A stretch of 58,465 nt of DNA from Minisyncoccia bacterium (GTDB lineage: Bacteria > Patescibacteriota > Minisyncoccia > Phycocordibacterales > PALSA-1337), in contig JBEKVT010000003.1 of assembly GCA_049997795.1 (NCBI GenBank), positions 1-58,465 on the forward strand, in the 5' to 3' direction. The position numbers and the translations under genes are program-made. Each line of letters begins with the position of its first letter. The stretch's first letter is position 1. The notes beneath the pieces were generated by a model. That model was not told the DNA's origin. It ran no database searches and saw only the letters and a list, made by a program, of their open reading frames with translations. Of this stretch, positions 55,870 through 58,465 are shown one piece after another.

Positions 55870-57672
55870 ATGGAGATCAGGAATATAGCCATCATCGCTC
55901 ACGTCGACCACGGCAAGACCGCCTTGACCGACGCCATCATGGCCCAGTGCGGCCACGGCGCCGAGGGCTCGATGGATTCGAACGCGCTAGAACAAGAGCG
56001 CGGCATCACCATCTACGCCAAGAACACCTCGGTCGTCTACAAAGGCACGAAGATAAACATCGTCGACACTCCCGGTCACGCCGACTTCGGCTCCGAGGTC
56101 GAACGGGTCCTCCGGTCGATCGACGCCGTGATCCTGGTCGTCGACGCCCAGGAGGGGCCAATGCCTCAGACGCGCTTCGTCTTGAAGAAGTCCCTAGAAT
56201 TGGGCCTTTTGCCGATCGTCGTCATCAATAAGATAGACAAGCCGGCCGCCGACCCGAAGCGCGTCCACGACGAGATCCTCGAGCTCTTCATGGAATTGGG
56301 CGCTCATGACGCTCAGATCGACTTCCCTACCATTTACGCCGTCGGCCGAGAGGGTGTCGCCAAGAAGTCTTTGAGCGACGATTCCAAGGACCTGACTCCC
56401 CTTCTGGATACGATAATCGAGTACGTGCCGCCCGCGAATGCAACAGATCTTGAGGAGACTGCCATACCCGGAGCGTTGAAGGCCCAAGTCTTCAACCTCG
56501 GCTACGACGACTTCATCGGACGATTGGCTGTCGCCCGCATATATGAAGGCGTCATCAAAGACGGTTCAAACGTCTGGGTGAAGGACATCTCCGGTAAGTC
56601 ATTCACCGGCAAGATAACCAGGCTCTTCACTTTCGACGGCAAACGGCGCGTCGAGATCAAGGAGGCCGAGTCAGGCGACATTGTCACTATCGCCGGCATT
56701 CCTGACATCTACATCGGCGAGACGATCACCGACAGCGAGGAAGCTGGACCGTTGCCGGCCATCAAGGTCGACGAGCCGACCATTTCCCTGCAATTCCTTG
56801 TCAACAATTCCCCTTTCGCCGGCCGCGAAGGCACCTTCGTGACTGGCAGGCAGATCCGCGAGCGCCTGGAACGTGAACTGGAGACGAACGTCGGCCTAAA
56901 AGTCGATTTTTCCTCGAATGAATACATGACCGTCTACGGCCGCGGCGAGCTTCACATCGGCATCCTTCTCGAGAATATGCGCCGCGAAGGCTACGAACTC
57001 CAGGTCTCGCAGCCGAAAGTCATCATCAAAGAGGAGAGCGGGGTCCAGATGGAGCCTTTCGAGGAAGTGATCATCGACACGCCGCAAGAATACTCGGGAA
57101 CCATTATAGAAACGCTGGGCAAGCGCAAGGGCATCATGACGGGCATGAAGACGCACGGTAACCAAGCACGCATGATCTTCGAGATCCCCACCCGGGGCCT
57201 TTGGGGCTACCGGAACGCCTTCACCATCGACACCAAGGGCCTCGGCATCATGTCCTCGCGCGTCATAGGCTTCAGGCCGCACGCGGGCGACATAGAGAAG
57301 CGCGAGACCGGTTCGATGACTTCGATGATGGCCGGCAAGGCCCTGGGCTTCGCTCTCTGGAACCTCCAGGACCGCGGCCGCCTTTTCATCGGACCCGGCA
57401 CTGAGGTCTATGAGGGTATGGTCGTGGGCGACGTCTCCAAGGGCGACGACATGGACGTCAATCCGACCAAAGGCAAGCAGCTCACCAACATGCGCGCCTC
57501 CGGCTCCGACGAGGCCATCATGTTGACACCGCCGTTCGTCCTCTCCATCGAGCGCGGCCTCGAGCTCATGCGCGACGACGAATATCTAGAGATCACCCCG
57601 AAGTCCGTCCGCCTGCGCAAGAGATATCTCACCGAATTGGACCGGGCCAGGGCCAGGAGGAAGGACCTGTGA
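55870..57672 (+). CDS. typA: translational GTPase TypA/BipA
   Basis: 600 aa. Motifs AHVDHGKTAL, DTPGHADF and NKID, plus a BipA-specific C-terminal domain. Confidence 0.95.
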   Translation: MEIRNIAIIAHVDHGKTALTDAIMAQCGHGAEGSMDSNALEQERGITIYAKNTSVVYKGTKINIVDTPGHADFGSEVERVLRSIDAVILVVDAQEGPMPQTRFVLKKSLELGLLPIVVINKIDKPAADPKRVHDEILELFMELGAHDAQIDFPTIYAVGREGVAKKSLSDDSKDLTPLLDTIIEYVPPANATDLEETAIPGALKAQVFNLGYDDFIGRLAVARIYEGVIKDGSNVWVKDISGKSFTGKITRLFTFDGKRRVEIKEAESGDIVTIAGIPDIYIGETITDSEEAGPLPAIKVDEPTISLQFLVNNSPFAGREGTFVTGRQIRERLERELETNVGLKVDFSSNEYMTVYGRGELHIGILLENMRREGYELQVSQPKVIIKEESGVQMEPFEEVIIDTPQEYSGTIIETLGKRKGIMTGMKTHGNQARMIFEIPTRGLWGYRNAFTIDTKGLGIMSSRVIGFRPHAGDIEKRETGSMTSMMAGKALGFALWNLQDRGRLFIGPGTEVYEGMVVGDVSKGDDMDVNPTKGKQLTNMRASGSDEAIMLTPPFVLSIERGLELMRDDEYLEITPKSVRLRKRYLTELDRARARRKDL

Positions 57673-57676
57673 TAAG

Positions 57677-57708
57677 GAAGAGGGGCCCACCGGAGCGGGC
57701 CCCTCTTC
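57677..57708. terminator. bidirectional hairpin terminator between convergent genes
   Basis: 12-bp stem GAAGAGGGGCCC/GGGCCCCTCTTC with loop ACCGGAGC. Confidence 0.7.
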
Positions 57709-57731
57709 ATGCGAAATATCGTTGTCCGGCT

Positions 57732-58465
57732 TCAGATCTCGTGCTCCGAACCGGAGACCATATGCAGGGTGGCCGAGGAGGATTCGGTCGGATCGGCCGG
57801 ACCGCCGGTGCAAGTGATGGAGAAAGTATACGTCCCGACGGGGATATTCTGCGTCGTCTGGAGGCTCGCGCTGCCTGTCGAGTTCGGCGCGATCGAGGTG
57901 CCGGCCCAGGACGGGAATTGGCCGACAGGATTGGCGCTGCAAGAATAATCGGACGGATTGGCAAGGCCGGTGGTATCCCATCCTACGACGAATCCGTTGC
58001 CTTGGTTGACGGTAAGCGTCTTCCTGTGATTGGTCGCGATGTCGGCGCTGGTATTGCCGGCGTAGACATTGACCTGTCCCAGACCGGCGAAGACAGCGGG
58101 ACAAGATATCGAGGCGCTATGCTGCGGTGCCCAAGAATCTTTGACCGTCACGCTCGGTCCGGAACTGGTCGAGGAAGTCGAGGGGTACGTCACTTGGTCC
58201 GTTTGGGCCGTGCCGCCGTCAGTCCAGAGGTATGCGTACGGCGGCGTGCCCCCGGTCGGATTGGCCTTGAAGGCCGCCATCACGGAGCCGTCCGGGTTAT
58301 TCGACACGGCGGTTATCGAACAGCTGCTTCCTGAGACGGGGCCGCCGCCGGGAGGATACGTGCACGGCAGTGGGCCGCCGTAATTGGTGGCGCTTGAGTC
58401 TTCGCACCTCGTGCCGGGAGGATACGTGCACGGCAGTGGGCCGCCGTAATTGGTGGCGCTTGAGT
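57732..58465 (-). CDS. secreted repeat protein (SprB/PKD-like G..PPY.Y.W module), 5'-truncated by the window edge
   Basis: The reading frame stays open to the window end, so the GTG at 58307 in the ORF track is not necessarily the start. Contains GGTPPYAYLWTDGG and Cys-containing 22-aa repeats. Confidence 0.6.
   Translation of the reverse strand, partial: SSATNYGGPLPCTYPPGTRCEDSSATNYGGPLPCTYPPGGGPVSGSSCSITAVSNNPDGSVMAAFKANPTGGTPPYAYLWTDGGTAQTDQVTYPSTSSTSSGPSVTVKDSWAPQHSASISCPAVFAGLGQVNVYAGNTSADIATNHRKTLTVNQGNGFVVGWDTTGLANPSDYSCSANPVGQFPSWAGTSIAPNSTGSASLQTTQNIPVGTYTFSITCTGGPADPTESSSATLHMVSGSEHEI
58348..58465 (-). repeat. 66-bp in-frame tandem repeat (two copies visible, second cut by the window edge)
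   Basis: 52 nt CCGGGAGGATACGTGCACGGCAGTGGGCCGCCGTAATTGGTGGCGCTTGAGT is identical at 58348-58399 and 58414-58465. It encodes SSATNYGGPLPCTYPPG. Confidence 0.9.

Noticed and set aside
58348-58465. CRISPR-like direct repeat at the window end.
   Set aside because: The period is 66 bp with a 14-bp spacer, it lies in frame inside an open reading frame, and the second copy is cut by the window edge. It is a coding tandem repeat. No cas genes are present.

Overview
GC-rich bacterial chromosome segment. The gene content suggests a reduced-genome Patescibacteria/CPR-type organism, but this is inference only. It includes a minimal dcw cluster (mraZ-rsmH-ftsL-like-ftsI-murF), two class B PBPs, short IF-2, PheRS and Tsf, GH130 glycosidases and a compact type IV pilus-like locus. 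I support about 55 protein genes and six tRNAs (Ser-CGA, Glu-UUC, Val-GAC, Glu-CUC, Thr-UGU, Cys-GCA). There are also two non-coding transcripts bounded by a promoter and a terminator: 6463-6955, weakly RNase P RNA-like, and 22972-23337, unassigned. Visibly AT-rich accessory tracts interrupt the backbone; composition was judged by eye, not computed. (1) 27794-33535 is a translationally coupled three-gene restriction/modification-like operon: a Type IIG-like nuclease-methylase, a beta-class DNA methyltransferase, and a PD-(D/E)xK-like module fused to a DGQHR (DndB/ParB-like) domain. This is my best candidate for an undescribed defence system. (2) 6960-9983 holds four single-gene cassettes downstream of tRNA-Glu(CUC). 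Each is preceded by a repeat that matches the tRNA 3' end over GGGTCAC, plus a consensus sigma70-type promoter. (3) 240-842 is a small tract between tRNAs. Other notable items follow. An ~85-bp hairpin-forming element is inserted in frame in both the cysteine desulfurase gene and infB, with compensatory stem substitutions. A 1116-aa internally repetitive protein is paired with an SLT-like, S/T-rich protein. A membrane-anchored GH130, a double GH130, a cupin and a HAD hydrolase form a glycan cluster. A pilus locus encodes an LVIVD beta-propeller with a prepilin-like N-terminus. No rRNA, CRISPR array, transposase or integrase was seen.
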